DNA of 41,109 nucleotides from Perkinsus olseni (Eukaryota): NCBI GenBank assembly GCA_013115125.1, contig JABANN010000302.1, positions 1 to 41,109 of the forward strand, read 5' to 3'. Shown piece by piece: positions 23,707 to 33,680 of this stretch (position 1 is its first letter; each line of letters starts with the position of its first letter). The notes under the pieces were generated by a model. It saw only the letters and a program-made list of their open reading frames with translations, ran no database searches and was not told where the DNA came from. The position numbers and the translations under genes were made by a program.

Positions 23707-24783
23707 ATGATCAGCAGAGCTATTCTCGCTGCCCTCGTGCTTCCTGGGGCCCTTGCTTGGGGTAGAGATGGTCATGCTGCCATAGCCGATGCTGCCAAGG
23801 ATTACTTCAATAGTAACGCCAATAAGACGGTGACTGAGATCATGGGAGAGGGTGTGAGGATTGCCGACTATTCAAGTCTTCCCGACAGCGTCCTTCACGG
23901 CCCCCATGCAACTGAGTGGGAATGGTCTGCTGGTCTTCACTATGCTGACACCCACATCAGTGATGGAGAAGTGAGTTTCATATCCTTCATCTATTCCCGT
24001 GACTGCAAGGAAGACTACTGCGTCGCTGGTGCTATCAAGAACTACACCAGCCGAGTAGCCGATACAACTCTTCCTCGAGAGCAACGCCGGGAGGCTTTCA
24101 TCTTCCTCATGCACTTCATGGGAGATATCCATCAGCCGCTGCATCTCGGCCGAGCCGAAGACGTCGGAGGTAACTTGCTACACGTCGACATGAAGTTCGC
24201 CGACTTCGAGGAGGGTAACCTGCATTCTGCATGGGACTCGAAGATGATCGATCAGCTCGAGGGCAGCCAATATGGGCCGGGTTACATCCAACAGAACTTC
24301 AACTTCAGCACCCCTCCAGCCGACAGGGATATGTTCTGGACCATCACCGAGGCCGCAGTCCGAGCGGAACTCGTCGAGGGCGGAGCCTTTCATGAGAGGA
24401 TCCCCTTCTGGGTTGCCGACTGTGAGGCGAATGGTTTCGACTTCTGCGTCAATGACATGGCTGTCGAGACGGCTGCTGTAGCCAGCTTGTATGCTTACAA
24501 GCACACCAATGGTGACGAGATCAAGGACGGTGATGTCCTTCCCATGGAGTATTACAACGAGCGTATCGAAGTTGTGAAGGAGCAGCTCGCCAAGGCTATT
24601 ATTCGCTTCGCTTGGGTTATGAACAACGCCTTCCCTGAGGATACTCCCACTACCACTACATCTGCTCCTACTGATTGCAGTGAAGCTGATAAGAAGTGTG
24701 AGCTCAGTTATCCCGGCTCTTACTGCAAGTACTGGCAGGCTGTTCCTGTTTGCTTCGGCAGCGATGTTCCCTGCTCTTGTTAG
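23707..24783 (+). CDS. S1/P1 nuclease copy 8 with 6-Cys module
   Basis: ATG at 23707; WGRDGH, LPD, LHY, HFMGDIHQPLH, NLHSAWD. Confidence 0.94.
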   Translation: MISRAILAALVLPGALAWGRDGHAAIADAAKDYFNSNANKTVTEIMGEGVRIADYSSLPDSVLHGPHATEWEWSAGLHYADTHISDGEVSFISFIYSRDCKEDYCVAGAIKNYTSRVADTTLPREQRREAFIFLMHFMGDIHQPLHLGRAEDVGGNLLHVDMKFADFEEGNLHSAWDSKMIDQLEGSQYGPGYIQQNFNFSTPPADRDMFWTITEAAVRAELVEGGAFHERIPFWVADCEANGFDFCVNDMAVETAAVASLYAYKHTNGDEIKDGDVLPMEYYNERIEVVKEQLAKAIIRFAWVMNNAFPEDTPTTTTSAPTDCSEADKKCELSYPGSYCKYWQAVPVCFGSDVPCSC

Positions 24784-25783
24784 TCACAACGAGCTAGGAT
24801 GCCGAACTTCGGGACCCGAAGCGTGCGACGGAACGATCGTTGTTGTCTCGTCATTCCTATGCTATTACTAGCTCTTGTTCTATATCTGTGCCTTATACGT
24901 ACTGTTTGCTTACATCACAAGTCGCCTCTGCGACCGGACTTTCTATTACCCAGCTCACGTTGTGCGGAGTTACTGAGTGCTTCAGACGACGGTAGAGGGG
25001 AGGACATAATAGCAATCCACATATCGCATGTTTGAGGGTGTCACGAAGGCGCATCATCGACGCGTATGTCGTCTGCCGACTGCTCACATCGCGTTTTGTG
25101 TTCGGTCGGGAAGAGAGTACAGTAGGGTATGAGACTGTTGATAGAGCCTTCGCTCTATATCCCCTTCAGAAACGAGTTCACTCGCACTCACTGTGCTTGA
25201 TAACCATCCGAAGCATAGCGCTTTTCGCTCAAAGCCTGCAGGTCCAGTAAGATCCATCATGTTTTCGATTATATGTACGCTTCCCGACTCCATCCGCGTC
25301 GACCTATTCAATTCAAGAATGTCCACACTCGAAGGTCCATCTCCGCTGGGAATCCGACTTTGTCACGAAGTGTTCGGTGAGAACATGAGTTTGTCCAATG
25401 TAGAGCGTAGGCTGCATCGCTGAGATTCATCCAGCGTCCCCGAAAACTCTTCAACTCCTCAGCAGTGCTGAGTCAGCACACACAACAGGCAAATCTCCGC
25501 GGAAAAGCGTCGCAACTTGCGTAACGAAGTCATCCCTTCCAAAGGGACTTCATGTACACAGAGAAATGACCTCGCTATCTAATAGGATACAGCAACAAGC
25601 AATGTCAATAAACTTAGCGACAAAAGAGGACAAGCCGTGCGCTTTAGCACAGCTTGAAGCCATCAGGACGAATCGATGGCAATACTAAATACAAGTAGGT
25701 TACACAAAGGCAGCATATCACAGAGAGAAATGACGCTGCCGATACACGAATCACTGATTCGCGTACACAAAAATGACCACGGT

Positions 25784-27143
25784 TTAGCATGAGCAGGAAG
25801 TCTCGGTACCGAAGCAGACGGGGTCAGTCAGCCAGTACTTGCAGTAAGAGCCGGGGTAGGAGAGAGCGCACTGAGCGTCAGCTTCAGCGCAGTTGACGGA
25901 TGCGGTAGTTGTTGTGGAGACTGTCTTCGTGGTTGCATCCGTTGTAGTGGTAACGGTCGTGTCTTGGGGGAAAACATGATTCATGATCCAAGCAAAACGA
26001 ATGCCGCCCTTGGCAAGCTGCTCCTTCACGACCTGGATACGATCATCGTAGTACTCCATGGGAAGGACGTCCCCGGACTTGATCTCGTCACCATTGACGT
26101 GCCTGTAAGCATCGCCATTGACGTGCCTGTAAGCATCGCCACATGCTATAAGTGCCGATTCCTCGGCCATGGTGTTAACACACTCGTCCAAGCCGTTCGT
26201 CTCACAATCAGCGATCCACATTGGGATCTTATCGTGGAAGGCACCACCCTCAGACAACTCCTCCAAAATATCGGAGACGGTGATCCCCCAGAACATATCC
26301 CTATCAGCGAGAGGAGTGCTGTAGTTGGCGTCCTGTTGGACGTAGTCACCATCATACTGGGCCTATAACTTAGGGATTTCAAGTGCATTTCCTCAAGGAA
26401 GTCCTCAAGGGAAAATGGTAAAACCTTAAGGGATTTGCTTAGTGGGTATCATAGGGCTAGGACCTAAACCTTAAAATGTAAGGGCCTAACCTTAGGACCT
26501 ACGATTTAAGACCTTAAGGCTTTACTAAAGGACCTTGAGGTGTAGGGAAGTCGATATCACAACGCTTAGGAACTTGAAAAATCCTTAAGGTTTTCGCCTA
26601 CTGACTGCCCTCCAACTGATCGATCATCTTCTCATCCCAGGCGTGGTGGAGGGCGCCATGCTCGTAGTTGGCTAACTTCATATCAACCTTAAGAGTGTTG
26701 CCACCATAGTCGGAGCGTCGGCCAACATGAAGAGGTTGATGGATATCACCCATAAAGTGCATGAGGAACTTCAAGGCGACCTGCCTCTGCTCGAGGGGAA
26801 GGCTGGTGTCCGCCACTTGACGAGTGTAGTTCTTGATACCACCGGCAACACAGTAGTCATTCTTGCAGTCACGAGAGTAGACGAAGTGGCACTGCTCGAC
26901 ATCAGCGAAATGAAGACCAGCCGACCATTCCCACTCAGAGCGATCAGGTCCATGAAGAACGCGATCGGGCCAGCTGGCGAAGTCGGCCATTCTGACACCC
27001 TCGCCCAAGATCTCAGCTACGGCCTTGTTGGCGTTGTCGTTGAAGAACTCATTACCAGCATCGGCTACGGTAGCGTGACCGTCAGGGCCCCATGCGAGAA
27101 CAGCAGGGACAGCAAGACTAGACAGGAATAGGGACTTGAATAT
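25784..27143 (-). pseudogene. Inverted S1/P1 nuclease copy 9, pseudogene (close to copy 5)
   Basis: Start codon position reads ATA (27141-27143) where copy 5 has ATG. Interrupted by a 239-bp insertion with an immediate stop. Carries an in-frame 24-bp duplication (DAYRHVNG twice, 26088-26135). Confidence 0.9.
26360..26598. mobile_element. 239-bp MITE-like insertion, imperfect ~27-bp TIRs (GGC...GCC ends), TACTG target-site duplication
   Basis: The empty site is defined by paralog copy 5. TACTG lies at 26355-26359 and 26599-26603. Left end ggcctataacttagggatttcaagt matches the reverse complement of the right end, ggcgaaaaccttaaggatttttcaagt. Confidence 0.88.
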
Positions 27144-28551
27144 CGTAGCTTCCTAAATGCATCACGTCAGTCGAAGTGTGATCTCTCTCGTAGCTGCGAT
27201 GGACCCTTCACTCAGCTTGACTTCAGCCAGCTGTGTCAGCCAGAAGCGCAAGATGCACAGCCATCGCCCCTCTTCATCCGGCCGAATCTGGGTTTTATTT
27301 TGTCACGTAGAGAGCGCTTCCAGATTAGACTCGGAGTTGTATGATTAGTTCATCGAGAACTTCCTGCCGTTGAGACCCACCGCAAGACCGGTAGGGAGGA
27401 GTGAACCACGATAGCGCGTTGAATGAGTGGTACTATGAAATATGCCGTATTTCATGCCTACGTACTTCTATTTTACGCATTCGTAAAAAGAGGATTTTAT
27501 TCAATACGATCCTCATATTTTATGGAGCCGGCTGAACGCACGGGAAAGAGTATGCGAGGCGAGTGGGAAGACTACTCGGATGATAAAACGGTGATCGAAC
27601 TGTTCACTAGTCTTATATGAACTTGGAAAATCCTAATGTGCTCCGCGAGAGGGCTCTAGGCAGGCAGTCGCTCATCCTGGGGACGGTGGTCACAAAGCGT
27701 CAGGGGCTTTCAGTGTGTGAGGAACTCCTACTAGGGACTCTGACGACTCCTGAATGGCAGAAGAAAGATTACTGCTCTCCAGAACACGCTAGCGTTGGAG
27801 TCCCAAGAATTGTGTTACACAATTTGGGTCGACTGCCTTATCGTCCCATACTGTGGTCCTTCCGACACTCTGTGGTTAACTTACATATCCTCACGCTAGT
27901 ACGCTAGTTGTGGGTTGAATTTTTATTCGTTAGATGAGTGTATGACGTATCACTTAGGTGGCGATTTGCCATCAGGGTCAGTCTGACTGAGTCAGTCACA
28001 TAAGCTGTTATACAATATATATTATAGTGTGGTAAGAGGGCCACTCACTCTCACTCGGAGACTCACCGAGTCAGACTCACCGTGGGTATCCATCGTTACG
28101 ATAGTGGCACCATGATAGTGTCATAGTGGTCATTGGTTGGTATTGTTATTGGTACATTCCCGGGCTGGCACAGCCCCACGGATGCGTAAGCGAATCCTGC
28201 CAGGAAGAAAGAAAGATTCTCTGATTGAACGTACCCCTGAGAAAAGCTTCCTGACAATCTGTCTGATTGCACTGCATGTTAAAGCTACAGAAAGTCTCCA
28301 ACTGAGCACATCGGCAGGAGTCTAACTAAGCCAGAATCGGCGTTGGAAACTATAACACACACAGTAGTTTATGTTGAGGAATGTTAACTGCTAACAGGAG
28401 GGTTCGTGGGAGGCGCTCAATGAAATTCTCCCGGTCGCCATTCGTGCTCGAACGGCTTCTTCCTAGGGGAGAGCGCCGCTGTTTTTCGAGCGGCTGATAT
28501 TCTTCCGTGCAGAGCCACCTTCTAATCGAGTAGGTTATCAGCGATACCTTA

Positions 28552-28598
28552 ACTGGAACTGATGAGCGCGATAACTTATGGCGCTCATCAGTTCCAGT
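28552..28598. repeat. 47-bp near-perfect palindrome
   Basis: ACTGGAACTGATGAGCGC g ATAA c TTAT g GCGCTCATCAGTTCCAGT. Confidence 0.92.
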
Positions 28599-29387
28599 CT
28601 TCTACTCTCGTTCTCAACATGCGCTCTGCGGTTCTGATGGGTGTCACCACTGTTGGGATGCTGCTGCTGTCCGACCCGAGGAACCTCGTCCAGGCCGCAT
28701 CGGCTCAGCCCAATGCTCAGAAGAAGGTCGGCCCTTGTCAAACCTTCCGTCTGTTCTAGTCCGTGTGTGTCAGGAAACCTGTACGGTGGGCAGCAAAGAG
28801 GGCCCGATCGAGTTTGCCATTGAAGATGCCGTCCTTGGGAAAGTATCCACGGTCTACATCGAGTGTGACGGCACTCGTGTGACTGGGTGAGCCGCCAGTG
28901 GTTCCTAGTGGCTCTTCAGCAGCTCCTTTTCTCATTAGGGATGGATCTGGTACTCTGTCGAACGGTAAGAATGATAGGCTCATGGAACTGCCTTTGGGTT
29001 CGCTGATGAACTGCGGCCACGCGATTGACAGGTTGGAGGAAGCGTTACTGTCGAGGCGCGGCAGGCATGGACGCCGCCACAATAGTGAGCTTTTGCACTT
29101 CACGATGTGCCGTCTTTTGAACGGCCCGGGGCCCAGGCGTTGACTCGAAGCGGGAGAACAGCTCTCATGACATGAAAGAGATTTTACCTTGTCCCAGTGT
29201 TTTTGTGTTAACACTCCGAACGGTTGTCGTACTTTCCCTCAGTACCCCTCCCAACTAAATGAACTCAAACCATCACTACTGCGTGAAACGGCGTTCTCTC
29301 CTCCCGTTAATGAGAGATGGGTAATGATGATTTCTCGTACCCTCAACAACAAGCTTTTAGTGTTACACTTAAATGTTCAACAGACTT

Positions 29388-32300
29388 CTAACGGCGTCCT
29401 GGAGGGACATACTTCCCCGTCCTCAGCCCACCAGCGCCGGCCGGCTTCAGACCGCCGAAAGCCGAGGCGTTTGGTATCACTGTTCCCTTGGCCTGCCTCC
29501 GAGCAGCACCCCAACCCCTCCTCGCCGCCTCCTCGCTGGTCATCGGCGCGCCTCGAGTGACTCGCGGCTTGGGCTGATCGCTCGGAAGGCCGCTTCCCCG
29601 GTAGTCGAACCGGCCGGTGCTCTGGTCCATCATGAGCTTGTCACCGCTGTCGGTCGTCATCACGGACCGGTCTACGAGTTGTCGTGAAAGCTGCTGGAAG
29701 CGAGAGGCCCGAGGGAAGCTGAGAAATGAAAAATGTCGATTCTTTCCAGTGCGGAGATACTCTACTTAGCGTGAAGTATCTTGTCCTCAGTGGCATCACC
29801 AAGTTCACCTTCGGCGACGAACTGGGCAGGGTACTCTCCCCGGAGGATGAGCTGGCGGATCATAGCTGAAAACAGCGATACATGAAGCAATTAATTTTTC
29901 ATCACCGAGAGGGAGGGACTTAGTATACAGGGTGTACACCTCAGAATTGCCTCGTAATTTTCAGTAGCGAACGAGCTACGACTTCCCGAGGACGGCAATC
30001 GGAAGCTCCCACCGATAGCTGAATGACGTTGTATCAAGTGTCAATCCTGTGTCTTCCGTCCAACCAGAAAGAACCGCTCCAATCAGAGCCACGCCGGAAC
30101 TAACGCTGACATCAAAATAACTTACCGTTAACGGTGCTATGCTTCACCTTGTAATGCTGCGACAGTTGCTCCGAGTTCACCGATGTGTGGGTGAGCATAC
30201 TCCTGTACAAGGCGACTTGCAGGCAGGTCTCCCTCATGCCCTCCTCGATGAGGGGGAGCACGCCAGTCGGAAGTTGGTCCCAAATCTTCAGGGACTGTAT
30301 CAAGGCCACGGCGCGATCGACATCGGCTGACAAGGCGGCCTTGCCGGCGAAGAGCACCGAGTCACGACCAGACTCCGGGGGGCCGAGGAAGGTCTGGCGG
30401 TCCATGAGCTCGAGAGATCGGCGAACGACCCTGTTGACGAGGGGGCTGTTGGCACCTGAAGTAATAACGGGAAAGTCACAGAGGGTTACTGAGATAGCCT
30501 GATTGCCCATCGGTGTGAAAGTGCAAGAAAACTGCCCCCGCCGGGAATTGAACCCACGGCCTTTCTACCAGTAGCACGGTGATAAGCCATCTGAGTAACC
30601 TCGAGCAGGACACCGCAGATCATGTGGGCGGTCTCGACGAGCTCGAGATTCATGTGCATGTGATAGGGGAGACGACGACGCCTCTCGGCCTTCTCCTGCT
30701 CGGGGGTCTTCTCCTGAAACAGATGAAAGTTCCGTCACTGCGCCACGAAATTCGGCGGCTCACCTCTCCACGCATGGTAGACACTCGACTGTATCCCTGA
30801 GCGAGGAGCTCTCTGCATCGGTTCTGGCCACAAAGCTCATACAGATACCTGCGCAGGTTCGAATCCCACACCCCGCATTTCTACTCATTTCCTACTTGTG
30901 AGCTTGAGCGACATTACCCGCCCTGAAGTGAGCCATTCCAATAGCGGCCAAGGCTCGGTTGTACAAGACTTGCGTGTTAACATCAGCGCCAGCACCGCTG
31001 AGCGAGGGGGGCACCCTCTCATGGACGTTAGAGACGGTGATGAGCCTTCGAGCCTCCTTCAGTCGATCGTTGTTAGCGTAGTGGAAAATTTGACGTAGTA
31101 GCGCGACAACCTTCATGCTGGTCGCCATTGGGCCGTTGAAGTTGTAGACACAGGCCGCGAGACTGCCGACCAGAGCGACCGAGCTGCCCTCCTCAAGCTG
31201 GGAGAGGCGTTCCCATTCAGCGCTGGAGGTCTCCGTTAAGGAATTGGCAAGATTGCAAGATAGCAAGCTCTCGCATTCCTTCAGGTTCTCGCCAATCTTG
31301 TTAATGACGAGCTTGTTGAGATTCTCGGCGCGGTAGTAGAGGTGGTCCATCAACTTCAAGGCGACGCGAGAAACAACAGAGTCCTTGGCCTCTCCCTCAT
31401 CAACGCTGGTGTCAACTGAAGAGACGGCCGCCATCCGAAAGGTCCCGGGTTCGAATCCCGGAGCCCGACTTACTCTTGAACTGGCACAATGCTACGAACT
31501 CCAACGCCGCCAGCCTGTAGGAATCCGCGAGGCGCTCAGTGTACTGCTCAGCACTGGCAATGGCACCGGTAGTGGCAGACGATCCAGCCGAGTGCTGCGC
31601 CGAAGACAGACTGAAAAGATCGCAATACCGCGAGGTCCCGGGTTCGATTCCCACACCCTACTCCGCAGCGCTTTGAAGGCTCTTGTACAAATCCTCATCG
31701 AGCTGCTCAATGAAGCCAGCAACAGCCGAGTTGGTCGCTGAGCGCTGCTGCTTCCTCACAGTCTCATCCTCGCTCTTCTCCATGGCACCAGTAAGAATGA
31801 TGGTAGTAGCATCAGAAGCAATAACCGCTATCAGCCGACCGAGGTAGCTGAAGCACTGCAACCAGGCCGGGCGAGGGAGGCTATTGAAGACGCCCGAGCG
31901 CTGGTCGACGTAGTGAGATAGGATGGCTCCGAGGAGAGTCGCGCGAGCGCTGGTATCGAAGTCGTTCTTCTCGGAGATGTCCAACAAAGCGAGCATCTTG
32001 TTAAGTTGAAGTTGCCTGTCAACACCCTTCCGTCCGCGCTGCTGCAAAATCTCCTTGGTCTTGCTCACGGCGTCGTCCTCCTCCATGCCGTCGTGGATGC
32101 CATATTGGGTCTTCAAGGTCTCGGCCAGAGCCTCTTCACGATCGACGATCTTGAACTCAGATTCGAGATCCTCCTCATCAGCTTCGCTGTCAATAGCCTG
32201 CTGGCGCTTGGCAGCCGCCTCGTCTCTGGCGCCGCGCGCCTGCAAGCGCCGAGCGCGAACCTGGCGTGGAAATAGCTCCACCGAGACTTGAACCAGCGAC

Positions 32301-33680
32301 CATAATAACAACAGCGACGTGCCCTACCACTATGCCATATTACCTCGTTAGCCTGCTTCCTCTCATCCTCAGAGTCACTTTCATCGCTATCCTTGAGCCA
32401 CTTCAAAGCACGCTTCCTCCGCTTCGCCTGCTCGTCCAACTCATCATCCTCACTCTCGTCGTCGGCCGACATGCTCCATGCACTCTCCGCGTCAGACTCG
32501 CTCTCACTCTCACTTTCACTGCTCGAGAAATCCGAGTCGCTACTGCTGGAGTAAGTCGATGAGGACTCGTCCGAGGAGGACTGAAGCGGAACATACCAAC
32601 CACCACCATTCACCGTCAAGCACTACCTCGTCGCTATCACTCTCACTGCTCTCGTCAGAAGTGAGGGAACCCTCAGAATCAACGTCATCCACGACAGCAC
32701 GACGCTTGGGCTTAGCATGGATCTACGGAGGACAACATGAGCACAGTGGTGGATTGTTCTATCCTACCTTAGCGCTCTCATCCTCACTCTCGCTCTTACT
32801 GGAACTGCTCTCGCTCTCGGATTCCGATTCAGACTCAGAATCGGAAGATTCACTCTCCTCGTCACCAGACTCGCTTTCCGACTCGCTGCTCGATTCCTCG
32901 CTCTCCATGTAATCTTGGGCGTCAGAGTCCTCGGACTCCTCGTCATCCTCGAAAGTGGTGGAGATGTTTGCGTAGTCCTCGGGATGCTCTCTGCAGTGCT
33001 CGAGCTGCTCCTCGGAAAAGGTCTGGGCGTTGCCCTTGCGGACCTGAGGAGGGGAAGATGGCCGGCGCTCCAGCTCCCATCATACAGCAGATAGCGACGC
33101 GAACTACGATCTTAACAAAATGACTGAGCAGAAGCCGGGCGCAGAGAGATGATTTTCCCTATGGCAGGAGAACCGCTTCGCTTCCGTAAGGCACCCCTAT
33201 TGGCAACACAAAAGTAGCATAAAAGTTACCAACCCACCTGGGCTCGTAGTTTGTTCAATGCTTGAGCCTTGATCTTTGACATCTTCGACTTATCTGGCGA
33301 AACAAAAGATACCGTCCCTTCCCGCACCCGAAAGATTTTCGTTTTTCCTTCCCCCCTATTACTCGCGAACTTCTCCTGAATGTAGTCCTCCAAGTCAACA
33401 ACAGCCTTGACGAGGAAATCCGGAGCATTCTGACATGAAAATTTGGTATGGAAAAAAAAGTGAGCACGCTCCGTCCGCCTACCATCTTTTGCACATCGAC
33501 GACCTCCTCGCCGCTCATGGCCGAGCTCATAGCCGCGGCCTTTTCCCAACTTCGCAAGGTCGCGTTGTAAGCGTTTGCCAGGGAGTGAAAGTCGTCCGTT
33601 TTCATGTTGTTTTGCATGGAATGGATATCCGTTTGCAACGCGGTCATCGCCGACCGCTGGAGTACCGGGGTATCAGTCAT
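29388..33680 (-). CDS. EIF3C: Eukaryotic translation initiation factor 3 subunit c, 14 exons
   Basis: Frame-consistent GT-AG introns at 33430-33482, 33294-33362, 33044-33237, 32723-32767, 32581-32626, 32261-32343, 31611-31661, 31416-31473, 30849-30895, 30714-30763, 30456-30568, 29866-30125 and 29719-29765. Motifs typical of eIF3c: DLEDYI, ALNKLR, acidic S/E/D tract, RGRKG, LDEDLYKSLQ, TQVLYNRALAAIG, RELLAQG, LPYHMHMNLEL, FLGPPE. The start at 33680 is tentative. Confidence 0.92.
30529..30561 (-). other. tRNA-like T-arm/3' end in eIF3c intron 11 (sense), followed by T4
   Basis: GGCCGTGGGTTCAATTCCCGGCGGGGGCAGTTTT. Confidence 0.7.
30850..30880 (+). other. tRNA-like T-arm/3' end in eIF3c intron 9 (antisense), Ser/Leu-like
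   Basis: GCGCAGGTTCGAATCCCACACCCCGCATTT. Confidence 0.75.
31435..31469 (+). other. tRNA-like variable loop plus perfect T-arm in eIF3c intron 8 (antisense)
   Basis: CCGAAAGGTC CCGGG TTCGAAT CCCGG AGCCCGAC. Confidence 0.8.
31628..31659 (+). other. tRNA-like variable loop plus T-arm in eIF3c intron 7 (antisense)
   Basis: CCGCGAGGTCCCGGGTTCGATTCCCACACCCT. Confidence 0.75.
32270..32340 (-). other. Degenerate near-full-length tRNA-like sequence (A- and B-box) filling eIF3c intron 6 (sense)
   Basis: TGGCATAGTGGTAGGGCA...GGTCGCTGGTTCAAGTCTCGGTGGAGCTATTT with tRNA-like box spacing; the stems do not close. Confidence 0.65.

Noticed and set aside
7816-24504. Long antisense ORFs over the nuclease genes (e.g. 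7816-8661, 13900-15054, 18393-19238, 21777-22520)
   Set aside because: Shadow frames of codon-biased sense genes; no independent protein motifs.
26360-26598. Insertion as a functional intron or telomeric repeat
   Set aside because: The obvious GT/AG pairs do not restore frame, the start codon is also lost, and the TTAGG-like words are not tandem.
27400-29300. Short ORFs between the array and eIF3c
   Set aside because: No recognisable motifs or consistent exon structure.
29866-30125. snoRNA or 18S rRNA-like word (AGGATTGACA) in eIF3c intron 12
   Set aside because: Match too short, and no convincing C/D box pair with a terminal stem.
30456-32343. Functional or split tRNA genes
   Set aside because: No complete cloverleaf, and no matching 5' halves with complementary leaders were found in the window.
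32400-32950. Low-complexity repeat and plus-strand Ser-rich ORFs
   Set aside because: Explained by the acidic S/E/D tract of eIF3c on the minus strand.
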